Shown: positions 10,136-19,003 of the stretch, piece by piece
Position numbering within the stretch: position 1 is the stretch's first letter
How the letters are laid out: each line of letters starts with the position of its first letter
Source: Pseudoalteromonas tetraodonis
GTDB taxonomy: Bacteria; Pseudomonadota; Gammaproteobacteria; Enterobacterales; Alteromonadaceae
Length of the DNA stretch: 32,000 nt
Direction: 5' to 3'
Assembly: GCF_002310835.1 (NCBI RefSeq)
Contig: NZ_CP011041.1
Coordinates: 2,490,001-2,522,000, forward strand
Notes under the pieces: generated by a model
What the model was told of the DNA's origin: nothing
Databases searched by the model: none
Seen by the model: only the letters and a program-made list of their open reading frames with translations
Translations under genes and position numbers: made by a program

Positions 10136-10924
10136 CTATAACTGTTGATTGATATAACTCATCATTTCATCAACGGCTGAGATCACTTTTGAGTTCATCT
10201 CATAAACGCGCTGCGTTTCAATCAAATTAACTAATTCTTCGGTCACATTTACATTTGATGTTTCAAGTGAACCTTGAATAATCGTGCCTAAACCTTCAAC
10301 ACCCGGGTTACCTTGAACAGGCGCACCGCTTACCGCGGTTTCGGTATATAAGTTTTGCCCTATAGGCTCAAGGCCCGACGGATTAATAAAATCACTAATC
10401 GTGATCTGACCAATAACCACGTTTTCGGCCTGACCTTTAACGCGAACTGACACTTCACCATCTTGAGATACGGTGATCGACTGTGCATCGTCAGGTACAT
10501 TCATTTCAGGCTGAACAACATAACCAGCACCCGAGGTCACAACACGCCCGTCGCCGTCAGTAGTAAATTGGCCGTTTCGCGAATATGCAATATTGCCATC
10601 TGGTTGCAGTACTTCAAAAAACCCAGGACCAGAAATCATCCAATCTAATGAATTTTCAGTAGTGAGCATATTACCTTGCGAAAAGTTTTTTTGGTTAGCC
10701 ACTACCTTAGTACCCGCACCAAGCATTAAGCCTGACGGCATTTCGGTGTCTTGCGATGAGCGACCGCCTGGTTGATTAATATTTTGGTAAAGCAAGTCTT
10801 CAAAAATAGCGCGGCTTTTTTTGTAACCTACTGTACTGGCGTTCGCTAAGTTATTTGATATAACCGATATATCAGTTTGTTGAGCGTCAAGCCCTGTTTT
10901 ACTTATCCATAATGCTGGATTCAT
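10136..10924 (-). CDS. flgG: Flagellar distal rod protein FlgG
   Basis: 262 aa. It has MNPALWISKTGLDAQQTDISVISNNLANASTVGYKKSRAIFEDL and the C-terminus LETSNVNVTEELVNLIETQRVYEMNSK. Confidence 0.97.
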   Translation of the reverse strand: MNPALWISKTGLDAQQTDISVISNNLANASTVGYKKSRAIFEDLLYQNINQPGGRSSQDTEMPSGLMLGAGTKVVANQKNFSQGNMLTTENSLDWMISGPGFFEVLQPDGNIAYSRNGQFTTDGDGRVVTSGAGYVVQPEMNVPDDAQSITVSQDGEVSVRVKGQAENVVIGQITISDFINPSGLEPIGQNLYTETAVSGAPVQGNPGVEGLGTIIQGSLETSNVNVTEELVNLIETQRVYEMNSKVISAVDEMMSYINQQL

Positions 10925-10945
10925 AATAATATCCTCACGTTAAAG

Positions 10946-11689
10946 TTAAACGATGCGCATCAGCTGTTCTTGACGTTCGTCAATCTCTTCAGCTGTTTTC
11001 ATCAGTTTTACTTGTAATTCAAATTGGCGTTGGTGACTGATCATATCGACCATTTCATGTACTGGGTTTACATTCGATTTTTCTAATGTGCCACCTAATA
11101 CTTGTACATTGGCTGATGTTTCAACTATTTGGCCTGGTTTAGCTCTAAATAAGCCATCGTTACCCTTCTCAAGCGTGGCGTTGTTTGCATCAACCACTTT
11201 TAGCCGATCAACTTCTTCTAAAAAGTTAGCCGGTGCACCTTGAGGGCGAACTTGAATAGTGCCATCTTTGCTAAATTCAATTTTTTCAATCGGTACAGGT
11301 AATATGACAGGCCCACCTTCGCCAATAACTTGACGACCGTCGCTGGTAGTCAACATACCTTCAGCAGTGATATTTAACGAGCCCACTTTTGTATAGGCTT
11401 CATTACCAGAGGCATCCTGAACACTCAGCCAGGCGTTATCGCTCATAGCGATATCAAGGCTGCGACCTGTTTCCACAATACCGCCCGATGTCATGTTAGA
11501 TCCTGGGCGCTCTTGCATAGCAAAAACACGAGTCGGCAAACCTTCACCGAAAGCCTGCATTGATCGCGCTTGCGCAAAATCAGATTTAAACCCAGTGGTA
11601 TTCGCATTTGCCAAATTATTGGCTTTAAGAGCAAGCCCTTGCATGCTTTGTTTAGCGCCAGATGCCGCTATGTAGACCATTTTATCCAT
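10946..11689 (-). CDS. flgF: Flagellar proximal rod protein FlgF
   Basis: 247 aa. It has MDKMVYIAASGAKQSMQGLALKANNLANANTTGFK and the C-terminus LEKSNVNPVHEMVDMISHQRQFE. Confidence 0.95.
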   Translation of the reverse strand: MDKMVYIAASGAKQSMQGLALKANNLANANTTGFKSDFAQARSMQAFGEGLPTRVFAMQERPGSNMTSGGIVETGRSLDIAMSDNAWLSVQDASGNEAYTKVGSLNITAEGMLTTSDGRQVIGEGGPVILPVPIEKIEFSKDGTIQVRPQGAPANFLEEVDRLKVVDANNATLEKGNDGLFRAKPGQIVETSANVQVLGGTLEKSNVNPVHEMVDMISHQRQFELQVKLMKTAEEIDERQEQLMRIV

Positions 11690-11725
11690 AACATCGACTC
11701 ATTAAGAAATCTATATATGGGTAAA

Positions 11726-11741
11726 TGCAATATAAGTGCCA
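11726..11741 (-). promoter_or_regulatory. Sigma54 promoter for flgF and downstream genes
   Basis: The minus strand reads TGGCAC-ttata-TTGCA, a perfect match to TGGCAC-N5-TTGCA. The -12 element lies about 37 nt upstream of the flgF ATG. Confidence 0.8.
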
Positions 11742-11775
11742 GATTAAATTTAAGTATGAATAAGATTTTAAGGAG

Positions 11776-11806
11776 GAATAAAAAAGGCTGCATTAAGCAG
11801 CCTTTA
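11776..11806 (-). terminator. Rho-independent terminator after flgE
   Basis: 9-bp stem aaaggctgc (11783-11791) / gcagccttt (11797-11805), loop attaa. On the minus strand the stem is followed by TTTTTTATT. Confidence 0.8.
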
Positions 11807-11821
11807 TAAATCAAAATATGA

Positions 11822-13144
11822 TTATCGGATCTGTAAGATATTTTGTTGAAGCGTTGAATTCACTTCAAGCGCACGAGAGTTTGCTTGGAAGTTACGCTGC
11901 GCACTAATCAAATCAACCAGCTCTGTGGTTAAGTTTGTATTTGATTGCTCGAGCGCTGAAGAATTGATTTTACCTAAAGTCCCCGTTCCCGGCTCACCTG
12001 CAATCGGCTCCCCTGAAGTTAAACTTTTTTTCCAAGAAGTATCACCCACCTGTTGTAAACCTTGTGAGTTTGCAAATCTAACCATGGCTACTTGACCCAA
12101 ATATGAAGTGTCGCCATTACTGTACGATGCAACTACTTTTCCATCGGTGCCAATGTCAATACCCGCTAAGCGGCCTACTGTCGCACCGTCTTGTTCAAGT
12201 GCTTTTACTTCAAATCGATTAGCATATTGAGTAGGGATTTTACCTGTAGTACCAGCCTCATCACGCCACTGAATTGCAATGTCATTAAACTGTGCACCGT
12301 TGGTTAATAACCCTGAAAAGTTAGCGGTATTTAAATTTACATCATCAAAGGTACTTCCTGTAATAGGTGTGCCATTGGTTGTTTCTGGAGTACCGCTTGC
12401 GTTAAATCCAAACGTACTAAGTGGGCTTGGAGTTGCCGTTGCAGCACCGGTAGCATCAAATGGTTTTTGATCCAATGTACCATGCACTTGCCATTCGTTT
12501 GGTGCAGTTTTAACAAAATAAAACTGCATTACATGCGGCTCACCTAGTGAGTCGTAAACTGTGGTTGAAGTCGAAGAGTTATAAGTAGTGCCATCTGTTG
12601 CATCAAATGGCACAGCTATAACATCGTCACGCGAATCAACATTGAACGACGTATAAACGTTTGAAGTAGAGCGCGGTGATCCTGATGAATCAGGTATTTG
12701 CAGTGCAGAGGATGTACTTAAACTAACCGAAGTGGTACTGCCTGTAACTTCATTCACCGGAAAACTCTGTAAGAAGTTTCCTTTAGCATCAACTACAAAG
12801 TTGTCTTTATTAAGCTTAAACGCACCTGCGCGAGTATAACTAAAATCTAAAGAGCCTAAATCATTACTTGTTGCAAAGTAACCTTCACCCGTGATCGCTA
12901 AATCCAGTGAGTTATTAGTAAACTGCAGCGACCCTTGATGAAACTGCTGAGCAACCATGGTGGTTTGCACACCATCACCATTTTTTGTTTTACCGGCGCT
13001 AAATACTGATGATGCGTATACATCAGCAAACTCGGCGCGAGACTCTTTAAAGCCCGTGGTATTTACGTTGGCAATGTTATTGGCGGTAACATCTAAATCT
13101 TTTTGTGCGGCAGCAAGGCCTGTTAATGCAATATTGAAGCTCAT
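11822..13144 (-). CDS. flgE: Flagellar hook protein FlgE
   Basis: 440 aa. It has MSFNIALTGLAAAQKDLDVTANNIANVNTTGFKESRAEFADVY and the C-terminus LEQSNTNLTTELVDLISAQRNFQANSR. Confidence 0.97.
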   Translation of the reverse strand: MSFNIALTGLAAAQKDLDVTANNIANVNTTGFKESRAEFADVYASSVFSAGKTKNGDGVQTTMVAQQFHQGSLQFTNNSLDLAITGEGYFATSNDLGSLDFSYTRAGAFKLNKDNFVVDAKGNFLQSFPVNEVTGSTTSVSLSTSSALQIPDSSGSPRSTSNVYTSFNVDSRDDVIAVPFDATDGTTYNSSTSTTVYDSLGEPHVMQFYFVKTAPNEWQVHGTLDQKPFDATGAATATPSPLSTFGFNASGTPETTNGTPITGSTFDDVNLNTANFSGLLTNGAQFNDIAIQWRDEAGTTGKIPTQYANRFEVKALEQDGATVGRLAGIDIGTDGKVVASYSNGDTSYLGQVAMVRFANSQGLQQVGDTSWKKSLTSGEPIAGEPGTGTLGKINSSALEQSNTNLTTELVDLISAQRNFQANSRALEVNSTLQQNILQIR

Positions 13145-13202
13145 AATTAACCTCTAACCTAAAAATATTTAGCCTGATGGCTAAAAAAATACATAAAATC
13201 TA

Positions 13203-13880
13203 TTACGCGATTTCTGCGACATCAGTCAGCCTAACCGCACCTTCTTTAGTATTAATAATAATGCCGCTTGAGCCGTTAATATTAACACTTTCAATATTTT
13301 TGAATGTAGCTAATGGGAGGCTTGAAAATTCCCCATTTGTACTACCCTCTGCTTTGATGTTGTATTCACCAGGTGGTAGCCGTTCACCCGCTTCATTTTT
13401 ACCATCCCATGCAAAACGGATGGCTCCTGCAGGCTGAGTGCCTAAATCTATAGTTTTAACCAACTGCCCGGATGCATCTTCAATGCGAATCATTAAACTA
13501 TCGACTGGCTTTTCAGCTACAACAGAACCTCTTGATTCACCCGACTCATTAAGCTCCAGTGTATCCGACTCCAACAAAGCTTGTTTGCCTACCAGTGTTG
13601 ATGCTTGCAATGCTGAATTTGATGTCATCGACGCAGCTAAAGACTCAAAGTTAGAGTTTAAATTTGAGATCCCTTCAGCCATAGTAAAGTTTGTCATTTG
13701 TGCAATCATCTGATCGTTATCAGCTGGTTTGCTTGGATCTTGATATGACAATTGCTGTGTTAACAACGAAAAGAAATCTTCTTGGGTTAACGCATCACTT
13801 TCTTCTTTTTTTGGCACTTGCTTATCTTGCCAACGTAAAGAGTCCATGTAGGATGAAGAAGTACTAATATCGTTACTCAT
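13203..13880 (-). CDS. flgD: Flagellar hook capping/assembly protein FlgD
   Basis: 225 aa. It has LTQEDFFSLLTQQLSYQDPSKPADNDQMIAQMTNFTMAEG and a C-terminal FlgD Ig-like region (FAWDGKNEAGERLPPGEY). Confidence 0.95.
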   Translation of the reverse strand: MSNDISTSSSYMDSLRWQDKQVPKKEESDALTQEDFFSLLTQQLSYQDPSKPADNDQMIAQMTNFTMAEGISNLNSNFESLAASMTSNSALQASTLVGKQALLESDTLELNESGESRGSVVAEKPVDSLMIRIEDASGQLVKTIDLGTQPAGAIRFAWDGKNEAGERLPPGEYNIKAEGSTNGEFSSLPLATFKNIESVNINGSSGIIINTKEGAVRLTDVAEIA

Positions 13881-13893
13881 GAGCTACCCTCAG

Positions 13894-14325
13894 TTACCGC
13901 TGACCTAACAGCAGTGTTTTACTTAACATTTGCTTAGCTGCATCAGCAACTTGAACATTTGTCTGATAAGAGCGAGAAGCAGAAATCATATTTGCCATCT
14001 CCTCAACAACATTCACGTTGGGTTTGTAAATATATCCATTTTCATCCGCACTCGGGTGATTTGGGTTATATTCGATTTGTAGTGGTTTATTACTTTCAAC
14101 CACTCCTAACACTTTTACACCAACGGCAGAGCCCTGTGGGTTGCTTGCTGACGCTGACGCTTTTGTTAGCTCCGCAGCAAATACAGGTTGTCGCGCTCGG
14201 TACGTCTCATTTTGTGAAGAGCTAATTGTATTGGCATTAGAGATATTACTTGCCGTGGTATTTAATCGCACGTTTTGCGCGCTCATACCAGAACCAGCAA
14301 TATCAAACACATTATATAAACTCAT
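13894..14325 (-). CDS. flgC: Flagellar proximal rod protein FlgC
   Basis: 143 aa. It has MSLYNVFDIAGSGMSAQNVRLNTTASNISNANT and the C-terminus VNVVEEMANMISASRSYQTN. Confidence 0.96.
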   Translation of the reverse strand: MSLYNVFDIAGSGMSAQNVRLNTTASNISNANTISSSQNETYRARQPVFAAELTKASASASNPQGSAVGVKVLGVVESNKPLQIEYNPNHPSADENGYIYKPNVNVVEEMANMISASRSYQTNVQVADAAKQMLSKTLLLGQR

Positions 14326-14327
14326 AA

Positions 14328-14738
14328 TTAGGCTCCTTGACTACCGAGGGCTTTTTTCAGGCCTTTAAATTTACCATTAAGAAACTGGACACTGGCCTGA
14401 TACTCCATAGCATTCTGTGTATACAAGTTCCGTTCCACTTGTATATCAACAGAGTTACCATCACCTGTATCTGTTTGATTTGGCGTACGAAATAGTTCAT
14501 TACTACCTACACTACGGGTACCACCGGCAATGTGTTTTTCATTGGTTCTTACCATGGTATTGCCGCTTAGTTGGTTGGACTTTGCCGTTTTTAATGCTGA
14601 GGCAAAGTCGATATCTTTTGCTTTATAGCCGGGCGTATCAGCATTTGCGATATTAGTAGCGAGCATTTCTGCTCTTTGCGAACGGATCAACATCGCATGC
14701 GGATGCACGCCTAATGCTTTATCAAAACTGATAGCCAT
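14328..14738 (-). CDS. flgB: Flagellar proximal rod protein FlgB
   Basis: It has MAISFDKALGVHPHAMLIRSQRAEMLATNIANADTPGYKAKDIDF. I set the start at the ATG at 14738, with GGAGG 5 nt upstream. The ORF-track TTG start would include that SD. Confidence 0.95.
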   Translation of the reverse strand: MAISFDKALGVHPHAMLIRSQRAEMLATNIANADTPGYKAKDIDFASALKTAKSNQLSGNTMVRTNEKHIAGGTRSVGSNELFRTPNQTDTGDGNSVDIQVERNLYTQNAMEYQASVQFLNGKFKGLKKALGSQGA

Positions 14739-14773
14739 AACTACCTCCAAAAAATTGACTCAGTACCGATAAA

Positions 14774-14789
14774 GCAATAAATGAGCCAG
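14774..14789 (-). promoter_or_regulatory. Sigma54-type promoter for flgBCDE
   Basis: The minus strand reads TGGCTC-attta-TTGC with GG-N10-GC spacing. The -12 element lies about 36 nt upstream of the flgB ATG. Confidence 0.6.
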
Positions 14790-14811
14790 CAGTGAAAATA
14801 GTGATGATAAA

Positions 14812-14840
14812 AACAAAAAACGACGCAATAGGCGTCGTTT
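14812..14840 (-). terminator. Rho-independent terminator after cheR
   Basis: Stem acgacgc (14820-14826) / gcgtcgt (14832-14838). On the minus strand the stem is followed by TTTTTTGTTTTT. Confidence 0.8.
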
Positions 14841-14867
14841 AGAGGAGGGATAATATATTAATGAAGG

Positions 14868-15698
14868 TCATTTCTTTTGATAAATGATACCAGGGTTACA
14901 ACGCACCATATCAAAGTCAGTACTTAAACCAGACATAGACTCCGACGCACCTAAAAATAAATACCCCTTAGGGTTAAGTGCTTGAGAGAATTGTGCAATT
15001 ATTTTGGCTTTCACCTCAGGTGAAAAGTAAATTAAAACATTACGGCAAAATATAATATCGAACTTACCCATTAAAGCGTACGAATCGAGCAAATTTAAAT
15101 GCCTAAAGCTCACTTGCTTTTTCAATGAATCAACCACTTGTGCCATACCATTGCCGCTGTCTTTAAAAAACTTTTTACGACGTTCAGCAGAGAGTCCGCG
15201 AGCCAATGCCAATGCATCATATTCAGCATGTTTACACATATCAAGCATGGTATTTGATATATCTGTACCAATTATTTGTGCACCCATTTTTAAAACACCA
15301 GGGCTGCTGGATTGAAACTCAGCAACCGACATCGCTATTGAGTAGGGTTCTTGTCCTGATGAGCTCGCCGCAGACCATATTTTTAATGGCCTATTTAACG
15401 TTTTAAACTCAGGGAATAATCTGGTTTTAAGTAACTCAAACGGATACTGATCTCTAAACCACAATGTCTCATTGGTTGTCATGGCATCAACAACGGCTGC
15501 ACGCAACTGGCGCTCATGCACACCGAGAGTTTTACTTACCAATTCAGACAACGATTCAACATTAAATCGAGACATTAATGGTGCCAAACGGCTCTTTACC
15601 AAATACTGCTTATTTTCACCTAAAACAATACCGCACTGTTGTTCTAAAAATAAGCGAAATTGATCGTATTCGTTTTGCTGCAAATCTTTATTAGTCAA
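14868..15698 (-). CDS. cheR: Chemotaxis protein methyltransferase CheR
   Basis: 276 aa. SAM-methyltransferase motifs are LKIWSAASSSGQEPYSIAM and FDIIFCRNVLIYF. It is embedded between cheV and flgB, as in Vibrio polar loci. Confidence 0.93.
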   Translation of the reverse strand: MTNKDLQQNEYDQFRLFLEQQCGIVLGENKQYLVKSRLAPLMSRFNVESLSELVSKTLGVHERQLRAAVVDAMTTNETLWFRDQYPFELLKTRLFPEFKTLNRPLKIWSAASSSGQEPYSIAMSVAEFQSSSPGVLKMGAQIIGTDISNTMLDMCKHAEYDALALARGLSAERRKKFFKDSGNGMAQVVDSLKKQVSFRHLNLLDSYALMGKFDIIFCRNVLIYFSPEVKAKIIAQFSQALNPKGYLFLGASESMSGLSTDFDMVRCNPGIIYQKK

Positions 15699-15718
15699 AT
15701 CAATAACACCTATGTTTA

Positions 15719-16651
15719 TTAATCACGATGAACCCATTTATTAACGGCTGTTGCAAGCTCGTCTGGGTTAAATTTTGCAATAAAATCATCTGCTCCTACT
15801 TTTTCAATCATCGCTTGATTGAAAACACCACTCAATGATGTGTGTAAAATCACATGTAGTGGCGCAAGTTTAGGATTAGCTTTGATTTCTGCAGTCAGCG
15901 TGTAACCATCCATTTCTGGCATTTCTACATCAGAAATGAGTAGCCCTACTCGCTCTGTAATATCATTTACGCAATCGAGCTCTGCAATTTCTTTTAATCT
16001 TATTAAAGCTTCTTTACCATTTTTAGCCAACTCAGTTGTTACACCTAATGGTTCCAATGCTCGTTTTACTTGATTTCGCGCAACAGCCGAATCATCAGCA
16101 ATAAATACTATTCTCTCGCCTAAATCTTTTTGTATATTACCTTGCGAGGCAACATCATCGCTCACGGTAGTATTAACTGGGCAGATTTCGTTTAAGATTT
16201 TTTCTACGTCGAGTATCTCAACGAGCTCATTTTCAATTTCAGTGACGGCTGTTAAATAAGAATAACGACCCGCTCCTGACGGCGGTGGCATTATTTTTTC
16301 CCAGTTCATGTTAACTATACGTTCAACACCACCTACTAAGAATCCTTGCACTGTACGGTTATACTCAGCAATTATTATAAAGCCATCTTCGATGCTTTTT
16401 ATTGGGCGCCCGCCTACGGCCATAGATAAATCAATCACCGAAATAGTTTGCCCACGAATATGTGCTACGCCACGGATATAAGTGTTAGATTTCGGCATGC
16501 TAGTCAATGGAGGGCATTGAAGAACTTCTCTTACCTTGAACACATTAATACCAAAGCGCTGACGCCCATTAAGCTTAAATAACAATAATTCCAAGCGGTT
16601 TTGCCCAACCAACTGTGTACGTTGGTTTACTGAGTCTAAAATGCCGGCCAT
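15719..16651 (-). CDS. cheV: Chemotaxis coupling protein CheV (CheW-like domain + receiver domain)
   Basis: 310 aa. The N-terminal CheW-like part is LELLLFKLNGRQRFGINVFKVREV. The C-terminal REC part is IVFIADDSAVARNQV...LISDVEMPEMDGYTL...LHTSLSG. Confidence 0.92.
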   Translation of the reverse strand: MAGILDSVNQRTQLVGQNRLELLLFKLNGRQRFGINVFKVREVLQCPPLTSMPKSNTYIRGVAHIRGQTISVIDLSMAVGGRPIKSIEDGFIIIAEYNRTVQGFLVGGVERIVNMNWEKIMPPPSGAGRYSYLTAVTEIENELVEILDVEKILNEICPVNTTVSDDVASQGNIQKDLGERIVFIADDSAVARNQVKRALEPLGVTTELAKNGKEALIRLKEIAELDCVNDITERVGLLISDVEMPEMDGYTLTAEIKANPKLAPLHVILHTSLSGVFNQAMIEKVGADDFIAKFNPDELATAVNKWVHRD

Positions 16652-16789
16652 TTAAATCTCCTAAGAAAACAAATATAAGGAACGATAATTGCTTTCAATT
16701 AATAAAGCGTCATAACACAACGGGGGCGTCTAAATTCTGACGCAAAATATTTATACCCTGTTTGCAACCATAAGCATAGTCGAAACATT

Positions 16790-17497
16790 ATGAGTTTGTT
16801 AAAAAAAACCAGAAGATACAGTGTTTTTTATTTTCTTGCTAGCCTCTGCTTCGCTTTGCCACTAAAGGCACAAGTATTTAGTAAAGAGTTATTGCAAGAA
16901 ATGGCTGTATCTTATGTTGCTCAAAAAGCAGTGACTACAAATGATAACAAAATACAGTTTAGCGCATTACCGCTAGATAGCCGCATTCCCGATCGCCAAT
17001 GTAATTCTGAGCCTGAGCTAATAACGCCAAGTGAGCCTCCCTTTAATCGCCAAGTCACTATTCAAATAAAATGTAACGATAGTGACAACTGGGCACAGTA
17101 CGTTCATGTCAGAATCACTGAATCAGCACCTGTTGTAGTTGCAACTACCAATTTAGCACGAGGTGAAGTGATTACTCCATCCCATTTAAGTATTGATATG
17201 CGCCCTGCACACTTTATCAGAGCGCAGTACCTTGAAGATCCAACGGCTCTTATTGGTAGTCGTAGCAAACGCAACATCCGTGAAGGAATGCCCGTTTTAC
17301 TTAATCAAATATGTATGGTGTGCAAAGGTGATTCTGTTACAATTTATGCTAATATCAAAGGGTTAAGAGTGAAAACGACGGGTATTGCATTAGAGGATGG
17401 CACCTTGGGCGAGCAAGTAAGGGTAGAAAACAAAAAGACAGGTAAAGTTTTAAATGCGCGTGTAGATGGTGTAGAGTCTGTGCAAGTAAATATTTAA
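16790..17497 (+). CDS. flgA: Flagellar P-ring assembly chaperone FlgA
   Basis: 235 aa with a signal peptide and a SAF-like C-terminal half (ARGEVITPSHL...RNIREGMPVL...GEQVRVENKKTGKVLNARV). It is divergent from cheV and upstream of flgMN. Confidence 0.88.
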   Translation: MSLLKKTRRYSVFYFLASLCFALPLKAQVFSKELLQEMAVSYVAQKAVTTNDNKIQFSALPLDSRIPDRQCNSEPELITPSEPPFNRQVTIQIKCNDSDNWAQYVHVRITESAPVVVATTNLARGEVITPSHLSIDMRPAHFIRAQYLEDPTALIGSRSKRNIREGMPVLLNQICMVCKGDSVTIYANIKGLRVKTTGIALEDGTLGEQVRVENKKTGKVLNARVDGVESVQVNI

Positions 17498-17510
17498 TAT
17501 AAATTTATGC

Positions 17511-17537
17511 TAAAGTATCTTTGATAAATGCCGATAT
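17511..17537 (+). promoter_or_regulatory. Sigma28 (FliA) promoter for flgMN
   Basis: TAAA (17511-17514) - 15 nt - GCCGATAT (17530-17537), against the consensus TAAA-N15-GCCGATAA. It lies between the flgA stop and the flgM ATG. Confidence 0.8.
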
Positions 17538-17572
17538 AAAGGCATCAGTTGGGCAATATACGGATTTTTATT

Positions 17573-17893
17573 ATGGTCGGTCAAGTAAATAAATCAAATC
17601 AACAACCGAGTGTTTTAACAAACACTCAACAGCAAAAAGTTGATTTAAAAAGAGATAATGCAAATACGCAGGCGGCACAAACGCCTTCACCTAAAGCTGC
17701 CAGCGATTCGGTGAGCTTAACACCGCAAGCTAAGCAATTAAAATCGTTACAAGAGAAAGCGCAGCAGTCTTCTGGTTTTGATAGCAACAAAGTTGCTGAG
17801 CTTAAAAAAGCGATTACTGAAGGTAATTATCAAATCGACAGTGAGAAGCTTGCCAAAAATCTAGCAGACTTTGAGTTTAACGTTTATGGCTGA
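17573..17893 (+). CDS. flgM: Anti-sigma-28 factor FlgM
   Basis: 106 aa. The N-terminal half is disordered and Gln/Ser-rich. The C-terminal helix region is KVAELKKAITEGNYQIDSEKLAKNL. I set the start at the ATG at 17573, because the ORF-track TTG (17549) lies only about 12 nt after the sigma28 -10 element. Confidence 0.85.
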   Translation: MVGQVNKSNQQPSVLTNTQQQKVDLKRDNANTQAAQTPSPKAASDSVSLTPQAKQLKSLQEKAQQSSGFDSNKVAELKKAITEGNYQIDSEKLAKNLADFEFNVYG

Positions 17894-18317
17894 TCACAAT
17901 AGTTTAATTACAATTAAACTAAATGAGCAAATTACTTGCTTAACAAAACTGAGCGAGTTACTCACTCAGGAGCTTACAGCGATTGCATCTCGAAGAGGTG
18001 AAGGTTTAAAAGAAATTGCCCAACAAAAAATGTCTTTTTTAACCAGTATAAGCACCCTTGATAAAGAACTCAGCAAACTTATTGCCAGTAATGATCAGCA
18101 AACAGATGAAAACGCTGACTTAATAAAGCTAACTCGAGAAAAGCTTGAGCAGTGTCAAAAACAAAATGAAGTTAACGCTCATGCAGCGCACCAGGCGCAG
18201 TTAAGTGTAAAGCAATTAAAGGGTATTTTAATTGGCGCACCTTCGTCTATGACCTACGATCAAGCCGGTAGCGTAGTTAATACTGACAACAGCATTGTGC
18301 GTAACCTAAAAGCCTAA
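17886..18317 (+). CDS. flgN: Flagellar export chaperone FlgN
   Basis: About 143 aa, helical, FlgN-like (LTQELTAIASRRGEGLKEIAQQK). The ATG at 17886 overlaps the flgM stop (ATGGCTGA), which suggests translational coupling. The position after flgM is typical. Confidence 0.8.
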   Translation: MADHNSLITIKLNEQITCLTKLSELLTQELTAIASRRGEGLKEIAQQKMSFLTSISTLDKELSKLIASNDQQTDENADLIKLTREKLEQCQKQNEVNAHAAHQAQLSVKQLKGILIGAPSSMTYDQAGSVVNTDNSIVRNLKA

Positions 18318-18336
18318 AGAATAATCATAAAAAAAT

Positions 18337-18369
18337 GCCTAAACGATTATTCGTTTAGGCGTTTTTTTA
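18337..18369. terminator. Bidirectional rho-independent terminator between convergent flgN and flgP
   Basis: 10-bp stem gcctaaacga (18337-18346) / tcgtttaggc (18351-18360), loop ttat. An A-run precedes the stem and gttttttt follows it. Confidence 0.85.
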
Positions 18370-18405
18370 TGATTAATAATTTGTCGGTTAGTAATAACTT
18401 GTCGC

Positions 18406-18867
18406 TTAGTAATAAGTGACTTTTTTCACTTCCCGTGGTTTTATCTCACCGATGTACAAGTCGTGTACGCGCTTCATATTAAGCTCAAGCTCAGTAATAT
18501 ACATATCATTAACGGCATAAGTTTTTATAATTTGCGCGCCTTTTATAATACCTTGCACTTTACTCTGTAAATAATCATCTTGGGCAACAGAGCCTGCGAC
18601 GGTTGTGCCTGCGGTAATTTTTTGCCCGTACACTTGTTCCGTTAGTTCGCGGTATGCTTCTAGCTTGGAGGCTTTAATTGCCATAAGCTGTTTTTGAGTG
18701 TCATTACTTCCCGACTGCAAACTAATGGGCGCGTACCCTATTGCTTTTAATACAGGGTAATTATTTGGCTCAACATATTTATATTCAACGTGCTTATCAA
18801 ATATATTGCTACAACCGCTTAACGTTAAGCAGCCTAATGTGATCATTAATGGCATTACTCGCATCAT
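18406..18867 (-). CDS. flgP: Flagellar H-ring lipoprotein FlgP (LPP20 family)
   Basis: 153 aa with lipobox LTLSGC. The LPP20-type core is AIGYAPISLQSGSNDTQKQLMAIKASKLEAYRELTEQVYGQKI...VQGIIKGAQI. It lies next to flgN and flgT, as in Vibrio. Confidence 0.82.
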   Translation of the reverse strand: MMRVMPLMITLGCLTLSGCSNIFDKHVEYKYVEPNNYPVLKAIGYAPISLQSGSNDTQKQLMAIKASKLEAYRELTEQVYGQKITAGTTVAGSVAQDDYLQSKVQGIIKGAQIIKTYAVNDMYITELELNMKRVHDLYIGEIKPREVKKVTYY

Positions 18868-18900
18868 ACAGGGCCTTTAAAAACTAATTAAACTCAGTTA

Positions 18901-18916
18901 TGCACGTTTAATGCCA
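18901..18916 (-). promoter_or_regulatory. Sigma54-type promoter candidate for flgP
   Basis: The minus strand reads TGGCAT-taaac-GTGCA with GG-N10-GC spacing. The -12 element lies about 34 nt upstream of the flgP ATG at 18867. Confidence 0.5.
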
Positions 18917-18949
18917 GTGATACCTATATTCTGTAACAACAAATAATAG

Positions 18950-18965
18950 TGGTACATTACTTGCT
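18950..18965 (+). promoter_or_regulatory. Sigma54-type promoter candidate for flgT
   Basis: The plus strand reads TGGTAC-attac-TTGCT with GG-N10-GC spacing. The -12 element lies about 40 nt upstream of the flgT ATG at 19004. Confidence 0.6.
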
Positions 18966-19003
18966 GAGACTCATTAACGCTAACGTTTAATTGGAGTAAG
19001 AGT

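Noticed and set aside
16652-16789. Sigma54- and sigma28-like partial matches in the cheV-flgA divergent spacer (AGGAAC-N5-TTGC and TAAG-N15-AACGATAA on the plus strand).
   Set aside because: Both deviate from consensus at key positions. They lie about 85-100 nt from the flgA ATG, unlike the consistent geometry of the other candidates.
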